64,000 bases of DNA from a virus. Numbering within the stretch: position 1 is the first letter of the stretch; each line of letters opens with the position of its first letter. The stretch is from the IMG/VR virus record IMGVR_UViG_3300043775_000777, positions 26,683 to 90,682 of that record; one strand, written 5' to 3'. The translations under genes and the position numbers were made by a program. Shown one piece after another: positions 29,496 through 38,770 of the stretch. Below the pieces are notes generated by a model. That model was not told where the DNA came from, did not search any database, and saw nothing but the letters and a program-made list of their open reading frames with translations.

Positions 29496-29716
29496 AATTG
29501 TTTTCTTTTTTTAATATTAATAATTTTATTTACTGTGTTAAACATGTTCTTAAAAAGCACATAGTTTAACAATGCTAAACCTATTAGCAAAAACCAATTC
29601 CAAATTCCAGGATGAAAATGCTGTATATACACAGCAATACCCGTACTACCTATAACAGCAAGTAAGTGTAAACCTACCATATACCATAGTAGCCAAGTTC
29701 TAGTCTCCTTCTTCAT
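29492..29716 (-). CDS. Membrane protein (2 TM)
   Basis: Two hydrophobic helices. Confidence 0.6.
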   Translation of the reverse strand: MKKETRTWLLWYMVGLHLLAVIGSTGIAVYIQHFHPGIWNWFLLIGLALLNYVLFKNMFNTVNKIINIKKRKQL

Positions 29717-29718
29717 TG

Positions 29719-29979
29719 TTAATAGATTTCTGGTTCTTGTCCCTCTTCCGCGGCTGAGATATCTCCTCCGGCTTTTTTAGCTTTAACCACCTCTGTAATC
29801 TTTCTTGAATTTTCTGATTCAAGATGCTGTATTCTAGCTTTCTCTTGTTGTCTTTCATACTCTTCCCAGTTATACATGTCTAATTCTTTCATTCTAGCTA
29901 CATCAGCTATAGTAATGCCATCTGGTATACCTCCATTTGCATTAATTAAATCTATACAAAATTCTTTCATCCTTCCCAT
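29719..29979 (-). CDS. Hypothetical protein
   Basis: 86-aa ORF. Confidence 0.6.
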   Translation of the reverse strand: MGRMKEFCIDLINANGGIPDGITIADVARMKELDMYNWEEYERQQEKARIQHLESENSRKITEVVKAKKAGGDISAAEEGQEPEIY

Positions 29980-30416
29980 AATTTCAAGGCTTTTAGTGTT
30001 AATTCTTTTACTGCCATATCAATTCTTGATATCTCCTTAAATTCCATATACTTTTTAATTTTCTTTCTAGCATCTTTATCAAAGTGAGTTATGACAGCTG
30101 TATATCTTTTATCAGCTTGTCCTGCTTTATGATTAGGAAACTCATATGGAAATGCAATCATAAGATCATTTACATTTGCAATAAAACTAATGTCACTATA
30201 TTCAAGTAATTGATATGGATGAAACTTTGCAGAAGTTACCGTTTCTCTCTTCATATCAAATACTTTTCCTATAACAAATTCTGTTTTATTAAACTTGTAA
30301 TACATAAGTGCAATTAGATAGTTTCTTCTATCCATACTTCTTCTGTTCTTACCTTCCTTAAGAAGATCTTTAACTAACTCACATTGCACCAACACATCTT
30401 CATAAGTATAATCCAT
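29967..30416 (-). CDS. DnaA C-terminal-like HTH DNA-binding protein
   Basis: RRxYLIALMY...VIGKVFDMKRETV resembles the DnaA domain IV pattern. Confidence 0.5.
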   Translation of the reverse strand: MDYTYEDVLVQCELVKDLLKEGKNRRSMDRRNYLIALMYYKFNKTEFVIGKVFDMKRETVTSAKFHPYQLLEYSDISFIANVNDLMIAFPYEFPNHKAGQADKRYTAVITHFDKDARKKIKKYMEFKEISRIDMAVKELTLKALKLWEG

Positions 30417-30419
30417 AGG

Positions 30420-30602
30420 CTACATAAAAAATGGGAACAATAATCCTTTTATCTCAGAGATAATAGGTCCAATAATAAGTGTACTTAAAAATCCATGTGT
30501 TTGAGACCACTGATACCAAAAATACAGCATAAATATATGTGCTGTAATCATATATAACCAAATAATAGCTGTAAAGACAGCTAGTCCATCATCATTTCTC
30601 AT
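30420..30602 (-). CDS. Small membrane protein
   Basis: Hydrophobic 60-aa ORF. Confidence 0.55.
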   Translation of the reverse strand: MRNDDGLAVFTAIIWLYMITAHIFMLYFWYQWSQTHGFLSTLIIGPIISEIKGLLFPFFM

Positions 30603-30613
30603 ACTAATAAATT

Positions 30614-30889
30614 TTAAATTAATTCTAAATCTGCTTCTTGAAAATGTTCTGCTTCTATTGCTTCTAAAGTAACATAAGGTGCAAATCTATCCGCACTGTA
30701 ATACTCATAAGGAAATGATTGTTCTGATAGTTGTACTTCTTTCAATCTATAACCATATCTATTTTGTTGTAGACTCATTCTGGCTACTTCAACTACAGTA
30801 TATACCTTACCTTCTTCTAACCATTCATATGATGATATTCTTTTAGGTTTATTACGGCTATCAATGCAAATCACCTGCATATTCTTCAA
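30614..30889 (-). CDS. Hypothetical protein
   Basis: 91-aa ORF (VICID...LEEGKVYTV). Confidence 0.65.
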   Translation of the reverse strand: MKNMQVICIDSRNKPKRISSYEWLEEGKVYTVVEVARMSLQQNRYGYRLKEVQLSEQSFPYEYYSADRFAPYVTLEAIEAEHFQEADLELI

Positions 30890-31115
30890 TTTCTGATTTA
30901 ATGTCTAGATCATCAAATTTATTCTTTAATTCAAACATTTCCAAGAAATCTCCTGATTTAACTGGACATTTTCCTTTATTGTGTGCTATGACCGCACATT
31001 GCTCAGCTTGAATAGGCTCATGTTTACAGAACCTAATCAAGCTAGCCATGATATACTGATAAGAATTTACATCATCATTGTAAATAACTACTCTGTGTGT
31101 TTTGTGCTCTTCCAT
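30861..31115 (-). CDS. clpS: ClpS-like N-degron adaptor
   Basis: VVIYNDDVNS and AHNKGK motifs retain the N-D-D and H residues that bind the substrate N-terminus; likely start MEEHKT. Confidence 0.85.
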   Translation of the reverse strand: MEEHKTHRVVIYNDDVNSYQYIMASLIRFCKHEPIQAEQCAVIAHNKGKCPVKSGDFLEMFELKNKFDDLDIKSEIEEYAGDLH

Positions 31116-31132
31116 ACCATTAAGATAATAAA

Positions 31133-32248
31133 TTAAACTGTCACATTGAAATTTTTCCACATAATTTTAGTCTGGTCAAATCCTTCCAATGCATCTTTTA
31201 CCCATTTCTCATCTACTGTATCCATATAACATAGTATATGGACAATAGCTTTATCATCTGGGTTTAGCCGGAGTAATCTACCAATTCTCTGTGCAGCCTT
31301 TCTCTCATTACCATATGCATGCATAATAATACCTTGTTTTAAATTAGGTATGTTTACACCCTCATTCAACTGTAGAACAGTAGAAAGTTTGGTAATCTCT
31401 CCATCTTTGAACTTAAGCAAGTTCTCTTCTGATTTTGGATTGTTGCTATGATAGCTATGATCACATAACTTATCAGCTTGAGCCTGAGTATTAGCAAATA
31501 GAATACACTTACTTTCTATGCTGTCAAATAATAACTTAGCATACTTTTCTTTAGTAGGATATTCCATAAGAGCTTTCATTCTCATAACTCTAAGCATATG
31601 TACACTGCCGGAGCCTACATCTAGTCTTCTAGACCAATAAACATAATTAGATTCTTCATCTGTCATATATGTTTTATTCTTCATAGTGACTTGATAGTTC
31701 TTTACTTTGCTTAATCTTAGCTCATGCACAACAATCTTATAATCATTCAGTATTCCATTTTCTATGGCATCATCTGCCTTAAATGTAAATACTACAGGAC
31801 AAAACTCTTGCACTAACTTACCTTTTTCTGAATAGTCTCTCTTTGGCGGAGTACCGGTCAGCCCAAGTATCTTGCCTTTAAATAACTGCAAGAATCCCCG
31901 GTGACTGTCTAGTAAACTATGCATCTCATCTAAGTATACAACATCATAATCATTAGGATCATGTTTGTTTAAGCTTAGATAAGTAGTGAAGACTACTCTA
32001 CCTAGAAGATGATGCTTATCAAACTTAACAGCATCATCTTTCCAGGATTGAAATATAGCTTTTTTAGGTGCAACTACAAGACATTTCATCAGTGGTGTAG
32101 TATTTCTATCCATATGAGTCAGGCCAACAAGGGTCTTACCGACCCCTGTGCCTAAGACTACAGAAGCCCGCTGCTTACCATCAGTAGCAGCTAGAGCTTC
32201 TATTTGTATGTCTTGTCTGTCTTTTGTCATAAATTTTATTTTAACCAA
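31133..32248 (-). CDS. Superfamily 2 helicase
   Basis: GTGVGKT, DEMH, TGT and QRIGR motifs. Confidence 0.88.
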   Translation of the reverse strand: MVKIKFMTKDRQDIQIEALAATDGKQRASVVLGTGVGKTLVGLTHMDRNTTPLMKCLVVAPKKAIFQSWKDDAVKFDKHHLLGRVVFTTYLSLNKHDPNDYDVVYLDEMHSLLDSHRGFLQLFKGKILGLTGTPPKRDYSEKGKLVQEFCPVVFTFKADDAIENGILNDYKIVVHELRLSKVKNYQVTMKNKTYMTDEESNYVYWSRRLDVGSGSVHMLRVMRMKALMEYPTKEKYAKLLFDSIESKCILFANTQAQADKLCDHSYHSNNPKSEENLLKFKDGEITKLSTVLQLNEGVNIPNLKQGIIMHAYGNERKAAQRIGRLLRLNPDDKAIVHILCYMDTVDEKWVKDALEGFDQTKIMWKNFNVTV

Positions 32249-32643
32249 TTCATAATTCTAGCTTCTTCTGGATGATTATGCACCCAGTCATGACAGTTTC
32301 TACAAACTGCCTTCCATGTACTTTGTATTAAATAAAATGCATCTCTGTTACTTCCAGCAAATGTGTGGTGTATGTCAGTGGCACCATTAGTGCAACCGGC
32401 AACTTTAATCACACATAGCTGATTATCAGTAAGATATCTTTCTCTTAGTTTGCTATACTCCGCATCTTTCTTTGCTCTTTTAGCAGAAACACGGGGGATG
32501 GCAGAATTTGTTGGTTTCTGTACAGTATCTCCGCTTTTGTGGCAACTCCAGCAGTTTTTACATAGCTTTAATCCCCCGGTTCCACTACTCTTCCATATGG
32601 GTCTTTCTAACCCACATCCATCACATACCTTAGTCTTCATCAA
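32236..32643 (-). CDS. HNH-type nuclease with N-terminal Zn finger
   Basis: CxxC...CxxC, then C...C...DIHH...CRNCH. Confidence 0.7.
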   Translation of the reverse strand: MMKTKVCDGCGLERPIWKSSGTGGLKLCKNCWSCHKSGDTVQKPTNSAIPRVSAKRAKKDAEYSKLRERYLTDNQLCVIKVAGCTNGATDIHHTFAGSNRDAFYLIQSTWKAVCRNCHDWVHNHPEEARIMNWLK

Positions 32644-32854
32644 AGTATTTTATTATTTCTCTATTTCTAATATACTCCATAGCTTCATAAATAGTGTCAA
32701 ATTGTGTCATACTTGAAATATTAAAAAACTTACCTTCTATAGACATAACAGCATCAGTACAAAAAGTTGATTCCCATACATCATATGCATCATTGTGAGT
32801 TGTTGGTACCAAACTCCATTTAAATCCAGGATAATCTCTAATACTCATCATCAA
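32630..32854 (-). CDS. Hypothetical protein, tandem paralog 3
   Basis: C-terminus FDTIYEAMEY...IIKYFDED. Confidence 0.6.
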   Translation of the reverse strand: MMMSIRDYPGFKWSLVPTTHNDAYDVWESTFCTDAVMSIEGKFFNISSMTQFDTIYEAMEYIRNREIIKYFDED

Positions 32855-33089
32855 AAAATTCAGTTATTGCTTGGTATCTAACATGATATACAGCTTCTTC
32901 TAAAGTATTATAATACTCTCCTTTAAACGGATGGGTTATATCATACTTAACTCTATATCCTTTACCACTAGCTTCTATTTCAAGATCTGAAAACTTAGAT
33001 CTCCACCATCCAATATATCCTCTATGTGTAAGCAAATGATCAGATATGAATCCTGGTATGTCTGGTAAATCCATAGTGCTCATAATCAA
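32838..33089 (-). CDS. Hypothetical protein, tandem paralog 2
   Basis: C-terminus YNTLEEAVYH...ITEFFDDEY. Confidence 0.6.
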   Translation of the reverse strand: MIMSTMDLPDIPGFISDHLLTHRGYIGWWRSKFSDLEIEASGKGYRVKYDITHPFKGEYYNTLEEAVYHVRYQAITEFFDDEY

Positions 33090-33321
33090 AAAATTCAGTG
33101 AATAATTCTGCCACTATATATTGCATAGCTTTTTTTTGAGACCGGAACTTAATCTCACTATATGGTGTATTAAATTCATTAACTTCATAATAAGCAGTAT
33201 CACCCCTGTTATTTGTAACAGGAGTAATACTATACTTACCATATATGTCTGCAATTACATAATGGAGTTTTGGATTTCCATATACATAATGATACTCAAA
33301 CATTGCATTACTTGCTGGCAT
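33040..33321 (-). CDS. Hypothetical protein, tandem paralog 1
   Basis: FRSQKKAMQY...FTEFFDYEHY. Confidence 0.6.
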   Translation of the reverse strand: MPASNAMFEYHYVYGNPKLHYVIADIYGKYSITPVTNNRGDTAYYEVNEFNTPYSEIKFRSQKKAMQYIVAELFTEFFDYEHYGFTRHTRIHI

Positions 33322-33799
33322 TTCTCAGTCTTGGTAGTTGGTTTGGATCCTTGTCTAAACTTAAAAAGTTTTTAGGAAGGATACCTTCAGCCATAAAGAT
33401 AGTGATAATTTGTTCTTTGTTTATACCTAAATCTTTAAAAGTTAAAGTATTCTTGAACTTGTCATCAGTCTCAGTATCAGCTATTAACAGCTCTGTAAGT
33501 GGACTTTTGGGAAACAAAGTCTTGAATATAAAATTGCTGTATTGTATAGTAACTTGTTGTTTAAACTTATTAAGTACAATTTGTGCTCTCTTATAAACAT
33601 TAACTATTCTTTGTTTTTTCTTACTACACATAGTAGCCAATTCTTGTTGTGTCAGAGCATCTAGACCATATAGTGCTCTTTTGTATAAATAATTCTGGTA
33701 TTGTGAATACCCATCAGTTTCATACTGCATATACATTTTACCTGCAGATAACTGATAATTTTTTACATCTTGTTTTAGCTTTTCCATTTTGTTATACAT
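33308..33799 (-). CDS. Hypothetical protein
   Basis: 163-aa ORF. Confidence 0.7.
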   Translation of the reverse strand: MYNKMEKLKQDVKNYQLSAGKMYMQYETDGYSQYQNYLYKRALYGLDALTQQELATMCSKKKQRIVNVYKRAQIVLNKFKQQVTIQYSNFIFKTLFPKSPLTELLIADTETDDKFKNTLTFKDLGINKEQIITIFMAEGILPKNFLSLDKDPNQLPRLRNASK

Positions 33800-33810
33800 T
33801 TAAATTCATA

Positions 33811-33842
33811 AAAAAAGAAAGGGGACAGTTACCTATCCCCTT
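33811..33842 (-). terminator. Intrinsic terminator
   Basis: AAGGGGA/TCCCCTT stem plus U-tract on the - strand. Confidence 0.65.
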
Positions 33843-33862
33843 ATTCATATACACTCTATTAA

Positions 33863-34327
33863 TTAGATACCGAATTCTTCATTTGGTTTAATAGCACTAG
33901 ACTTAGTAGTCTCATAAGCTGCCTTAATCTCATCTACATTTGTGTGAGCAATAGGACTATCTGTAAGATTTTGTTTTTCAGTATACAAAGTACGTCTGTA
34001 AACTGGTGCACCATCTACACGGCAAACAATACCAGTAGAACCTGCTACTTTAAGGTCACGCTCAGGATTTTTGTCATTGAATGGTTCCAAAGACTCCTGT
34101 ACAATAATCTTACCATCAAGCAATTGACCTGCATAATATCCTGCTGCTTGTAAATCTTCCATCTCTGCAGAGATAATTGCAGACAATTTCTTTCTTCTTA
34201 AGAAACCATTGTCATCATACTGATTAACTGTTTGTTCAACTCGGATATATCCAAATTCCGGGTTATTTGATACATTGATTACTGATCCAGTAGTAGCATC
34301 TGCTAATACAACAACTTTTGAACTCAT
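33863..34327 (-). CDS. Hypothetical beta-rich protein
   Basis: Likely start MSSKVVV at 34327. Confidence 0.7.
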   Translation of the reverse strand: MSSKVVVLADATTGSVINVSNNPEFGYIRVEQTVNQYDDNGFLRRKKLSAIISAEMEDLQAAGYYAGQLLDGKIIVQESLEPFNDKNPERDLKVAGSTGIVCRVDGAPVYRRTLYTEKQNLTDSPIAHTNVDEIKAAYETTKSSAIKPNEEFGI

Positions 34328-34447
34328 AACTTTAAGTTTTAAATAGATAAATAAATAATAATTGAATTGATCTTTTGAGTTGATTACTATAATACTAGTC
34401 ACTCATACTAGTAATAAGTTGATAACACCTTTATTGCAAGTCAGGTA

Positions 34448-34717
34448 TTATATATCCAATGGGCCCGTAAGGTCTATTATATCATCAAATGGTGTATCAT
34501 CTGATATAATGTCATCACAACTTTCATCATCTGGTAGATAATCAAAGTCATAGTATTTTTCTTTTGTGTTCTGAAGAACAGCTGATTCTAGAAAGGGATT
34601 TAATGCATGCTCTCCTGCATCTAAGGACATAAGGTATTGCTCATCTTCATCAGTAAGATCTAAGTATTGTTCTATGGTTAGAAATATTACCTTGCCATTA
34701 GGCAGTTGATAGAGCAT
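34448..34717 (-). CDS. Acidic hypothetical protein
   Basis: 89-aa ORF with A-rich leader. Confidence 0.7.
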   Translation of the reverse strand: MLYQLPNGKVIFLTIEQYLDLTDEDEQYLMSLDAGEHALNPFLESAVLQNTKEKYYDFDYLPDDESCDDIISDDTPFDDIIDLTGPLDI

Positions 34718-34786
34718 TTTAAATTCATAAAGTTTAGTAAATGTAAACCATTCTTAAGAATAGTGATTATACCAACCTACAAATTA

Positions 34787-34803
34787 TTGCACTATATAGC
34801 TAA
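34787..34803 (-). promoter_or_regulatory. 17-bp site TTAGCTATATAGTGCAA (copy 1)
   Basis: Identical, in transcription sense, to 61629-61645; intergenic and just after the terminator at 34814-34831. Confidence 0.55.
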
Positions 34804-34873
34804 ACAATGAAAAGGGGGCATTGCTACCCCCATATCATTTGGTCAGGAAAAGCATATCCACAGATATACTATC

Positions 34874-35302
34874 TTAAAATTCTTCCATGATCTCTAATGT
34901 ATCAGCCATTAGATAACTACTAAATGTCTTTTGTATACCTTTATCATCAATACCAAGAGATTCAACTTCATAATGTCTCCAATCATGAAAGCCTCTAAAT
35001 TCCTTGATAGTACAAGCAATCATACCATTATTGTCAGATAACTCAGACTCTATTGTTTTAGGTTTATCAATCTCATAGCTTAGATTGTTAACATGAGTAA
35101 GACATATAGTACCTACAGGAATTATATCCGGTAACTTTCTGCCTAGTATCAATTTAAACAACCATTTACTACAATCAGAACTACTACCAATAAACGGAGT
35201 CAATAACTTAGTTATCTCTTCTGCATTTGGATGATTAATCATTGATTTAAGAGTATTATACAAATCAGTTTCATCAAACTCTAAGTGTATTTTCATGCTC
35301 AT
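34874..35302 (-). CDS. Hypothetical protein
   Basis: 142-aa ORF. Confidence 0.7.
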   Translation of the reverse strand: MSMKIHLEFDETDLYNTLKSMINHPNAEEITKLLTPFIGSSSDCSKWLFKLILGRKLPDIIPVGTICLTHVNNLSYEIDKPKTIESELSDNNGMIACTIKEFRGFHDWRHYEVESLGIDDKGIQKTFSSYLMADTLEIMEEF

Positions 35303-35304
35303 AG

Positions 35305-35523
35305 CTAGTCATTTAATCTTCTGAAGTCTCTTATTTTAGCTAAGAGAGCTTCATTGTAGTGTGTAAAGAAACCTTTGTCTATAATCCGGTAGTTGATTTT
35401 ATCAATCTTTTGTACCGGATAAATTGTTTTCTTTACACCAGTTAAGATTAAGTTGTCATCAATATCTCTAATGTCTGCCTTGAGATCCATCCCAAGAACA
35501 GAAGTAATTAAATCACTCATCAC
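35305..35523 (-). CDS. Hypothetical protein
   Basis: 72-aa ORF in the operon. Confidence 0.6.
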   Translation of the reverse strand: MMSDLITSVLGMDLKADIRDIDDNLILTGVKKTIYPVQKIDKINYRIIDKGFFTHYNEALLAKIRDFRRLND

Positions 35524-35842
35524 TAAATAGATTATCCATTAAATTTCTCAAACTTCTTTTCTTAGCCTGTGCATGAGAAACTTTCTCAAAGATTTGAATT
35601 GCCATGACAACTTCATTAATATGAACACACTGCTCTACTACCATAGCATATGATTCTGTTTTAATATCACTGGCATCATATGCTTTTATACACAACTGAG
35701 TTATTTCCCGGCATCTTTCTTCAGTAATACCTAACACTTCATGTATTAAATCTGATTTCTCATCAATAATACATAGTTTAAATTTATTATCCTGTGGATA
35801 AGACTTCTTCTTTTTCTTAAATAATTTCCTGAACCATTTCAT
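35513..35842 (-). CDS. Hypothetical protein
   Basis: 109-aa ORF. Confidence 0.65.
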   Translation of the reverse strand: MKWFRKLFKKKKKSYPQDNKFKLCIIDEKSDLIHEVLGITEERCREITQLCIKAYDASDIKTESYAMVVEQCVHINEVVMAIQIFEKVSHAQAKKRSLRNLMDNLFSDE

Positions 35843-35844
35843 AA

Positions 35845-36066
35845 TTATCTTTTTAGTTTAAACTCTTGTTTTCTTTGCTCATCATACCATATTTGCACAC
35901 TTATACAAACTGTGATTGACACTAACAAACCTTGAAAAACATAACCAACTGGTGTGTAATTTTCAAAATTGAAGGCTGCCCCATATGTTATCAAACCTTC
36001 TAGGATACATAATACTACTAATCCTATACTTACATTCAAAATAAAATTTACTAATTTCATAATCAT
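35845..36066 (-). CDS. Membrane protein (2 TM)
   Basis: Two hydrophobic helices. Confidence 0.6.
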   Translation of the reverse strand: MIMKLVNFILNVSIGLVVLCILEGLITYGAAFNFENYTPVGYVFQGLLVSITVCISVQIWYDEQRKQEFKLKR

Positions 36067-36139
36067 ACATTTTTTAGTTAATAAATAAGACAGACTATTA
36101 CACCTTTTGTCTGTCTACTGCGGTTGGAGGTGTACGCAA

Positions 36140-36394
36140 TTATACTAAATACTTAACTGTCATAGCATAGCCAAATAGACCGGTAGCTGCACCACAAAAT
36201 GCTATTAATGTTACTGTCATAGCATTAATTGTTTTGTTCTGCATTAACTTGTCTAATTGTTCTTCTATAACTACTATCTGATATTCTGCTTCTGATAGCA
36301 TTTGATACTTTAAATCTGCTGGAACATCACCCATTTGAACTTCATCTCTAAGGTTGTTCCAAAAATCTAGCTTTTCCTGTAGCTCTTTAATCAT
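36140..36394 (-). CDS. Coiled-coil protein with C-terminal membrane anchor
   Basis: Heptad-like N-terminus and hydrophobic C-terminus. Confidence 0.6.
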   Translation of the reverse strand: MIKELQEKLDFWNNLRDEVQMGDVPADLKYQMLSEAEYQIVVIEEQLDKLMQNKTINAMTVTLIAFCGAATGLFGYAMTVKYLV

Positions 36395-36486
36395 AACTTT
36401 TAGTTTTTAGTGTTTAAATAATACTGTGAATAAAATAGTGCTATAAGTAGCACAGTAATCATAATCTCTTTCATAATCATTCAATA

Positions 36487-36660
36487 TTAGTTTCTATATG
36501 CATATGGTCTTGACTGTGCTTTGCGGACAGATCTGTCCACATGCTCTTTTCTACCATTACCGTGACAAGTCTTATTTGCAGCACAACTAGTTAACCATAG
36601 TGCAAACATAATAAACAGTCCAACTAACATTCCTTTGATTACAATAATTACATTTTTCAT
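36487..36660 (-). CDS. Small lipoprotein (57 aa)
   Basis: Hand translation MKNVIIVIKGMLVGLFIMFALWLTSCAANK...; lipobox LTSC. Confidence 0.6.
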   Translation of the reverse strand: MKNVIIVIKGMLVGLFIMFALWLTSCAANKTCHGNGRKEHVDRSVRKAQSRPYAYRN

Positions 36661-36756
36661 ATTAAGGGTTTAAGGGATTACTAAATAAAAGTACACAGTG
36701 AGAGTTTTAACCACACCCGCTCACAAGTTGACCGCGTTACTGTGTACTTAAGCTAA

Positions 36757-37020
36757 TTATCTATCTTCATAACATTGCTGACACATATGTACTTCATCAC
36801 AAGTACATGTCAGTTCAGGGTTAATTGCATAGAGTCTTGCCATATCAGCAAACTCACTAGCAATCTCACCGTGCACCTGAAACTTAGGCTTAGGTGTAGT
36901 TACAGCTCTCTTAGCTCTAATAAGCATCTTGAGAGTATTCCGGAGATGATTAATGTCCATATCATCAACATTAATCTTCTGACCATTCTTCATAGTCCAG
37001 TAAACAGGTTCTTGAATCAT
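36757..37020 (-). CDS. Hypothetical protein with C-terminal Cys cluster
   Basis: WTMKNG...MDINHLRN; CxC...CxxC tail. Confidence 0.65.
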   Translation of the reverse strand: MIQEPVYWTMKNGQKINVDDMDINHLRNTLKMLIRAKRAVTTPKPKFQVHGEIASEFADMARLYAINPELTCTCDEVHMCQQCYEDR

Positions 37021-37169
37021 ATCAATAAAAGTTTAGTAGATAATATTTCTAGTTCTTCTTTATCAAATGATGTCTTAACCAATACAACATTGCTATTAGA
37101 CCAGTACTGTTTAAATTCTTGTTCTGTTTGGACCAATAATGTTCCACGGTGTTCAAATAAGTAATACAT
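37017..37169 (-). CDS. Small hypothetical protein (50 aa)
   Basis: Hand translation MYYLFEHRG...; ATGA overlap with the next gene. Confidence 0.55.
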   Translation of the reverse strand: MYYLFEHRGTLLVQTEQEFKQYWSNSNVVLVKTSFDKEELEILSTKLLLI

Positions 37170-37209
37170 AAGTTTAAGTTTTAAGTGAATAATAAATAAA
37201 ATAGGGGAA

Positions 37210-37524
37210 TCACTCCCCTATTTGTTCTAACACTGGCAGCTCATCATAATGATAGCTACTACTAGTAGTGTCTCGCATAACATTTAAATAGTTACAATAG
37301 TCTAATTCAGGATCAGAACTTACATAACCATTATCAATACACTGTGATGTATAGTCTTCATAACTAAGAATTTCTTCTTCTGTAGTAGACTCTACTATAT
37401 CAGCAATTTTTTGTTTAGCAAGTTCTTCAGTGCTATAAACACCAACTATACTAGTTTCAGGTTGACAATAATTATCATCTGTGTCACGTATGAATGTCCA
37501 AAAAACAATGTATACTTTCTTCAT
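37210..37524 (-). CDS. Hypothetical protein
   Basis: VYIV...IVGVYSTEELAK pattern; stop lies in the loop of the terminator at 37201-37221. Confidence 0.7.
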   Translation of the reverse strand: MKKVYIVFWTFIRDTDDNYCQPETSIVGVYSTEELAKQKIADIVESTTEEEILSYEDYTSQCIDNGYVSSDPELDYCNYLNVMRDTTSSSYHYDELPVLEQIGE

Positions 37525-37596
37525 AAGTTTATGTTTAAGTTTAGGTTTAAGTTTATAAAATAAGCAGTTTATAGTCCTGCTTAGGACTCACAAAGG

Positions 37597-37842
37597 TTAC
37601 TGATAGGCAGAAGACATAAATTTCCTTAAATAAGGAAATGTATATTCTTCATTAGTATGCCCTAATACAGTATGATTACCGGAAACACCATTTTTTACTT
37701 CATAAGTAGAAAAGATTTTATATTTCCAATAACCATAATCATTAACATACCAACCTTCATGGGTATCTTCTCCTACATTGTATTTAACTACATTGTTATC
37801 AAAGACAATCCATCTGCAATAATTTAATACTGTTTTTTCCAT
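37597..37842 (-). CDS. Hypothetical protein
   Basis: 81-aa ORF. Confidence 0.6.
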   Translation of the reverse strand: MEKTVLNYCRWIVFDNNVVKYNVGEDTHEGWYVNDYGYWKYKIFSTYEVKNGVSGNHTVLGHTNEEYTFPYLRKFMSSAYQ

Positions 37843-37869
37843 TCTAAGTATAAGTTTAAGTGAATAAAT

Positions 37870-38770
37870 AAAGTTTCTATAAGTTAATTAATACACCACA
37901 GTTATAAGATTACGTTCACTACCTCAACAGGTTTCCTCTTACAACTGCAATGTATTAATACCACAAGTCAACCCCTGCTTTACAGGATGAGGGGTTATGC
38001 CTGAAACCTTGTGGTTAAATCAGATTCATTAGGTACTATAACAGTAATAATAACAATAACAATATTATTATGACATTCCATAGCCTTTCATTGACCGGTC
38101 CGATCTGGTATTGCTACCCAGACAAATCTCCGGACTATGGCAGTTACAAAGTAACATTTATCTACCCTTGTAGTGATAATAAACTATCACTCTGTGAGCT
38201 GAATCTGAATGCTCAACAGAAACCCGGTTCTTACATACTGAATCTCTATGAACCGGGAAGTTAAAGAGTATTGTTATTAGGTATAACCCACCATTAGTTA
38301 TTCTAGGTGCTACAACACCACAGTAAACTAATAAACTGTAACAAAGGTAATGCCTATCTGCTGTGTTAACTATGCTAAACAATAGGACTTGTGACCGGAA
38401 ATTACTGCTTTCCCGGAAGCCTTTACTGTGCTCATCTAACTAATACTATATATAATAGTAGTAATAGTAGTGTATTACTGATTCTGTGTAATGCTAAGTC
38501 TATGATTAGCCATATACTTAGTATTGTATAAGCTTTCACAAGCATTCTGTGACTGTTTCTGTTGGTATAATAATGCTGAGAGTTTGTCACTCAACCCCAA
38601 ACTAACCTACATTCATTCACAGTTTGTTATTAATTACTGCACATATATTACACTATGGGTATCTTCATTCCCGGGGGTAGTATGCAATAACTGTGCACTT
38701 TAGTCTTGACCATTCAATCAGCGGTTGTTGACCGGTAGTTGACCGCTGAAACAGTCTAACTATTTTTTTT
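37870..38770 (-). ncRNA. Candidate large (~900 nt) structured non-coding RNA
   Basis: No convincing ORF; at least nine stems, including nested ones (37960/38015, 38078/38140, 38172/38191, 38223/38257, 38718/38749); GCAA tetraloop and G-U pairs favour the - strand; early motif variant at 38772-38783 directly upstream. Confidence 0.6.

Noticed and set aside
37870-38770. Group I/II intron, hammerhead ribozyme, or the 64-aa and 74-aa ORFs as real genes
   Set aside because: The region is intergenic; no intact CUGAnGA/GAAA core or intron catalytic motifs were recognised; the ORFs lack leaders and protein-like composition.
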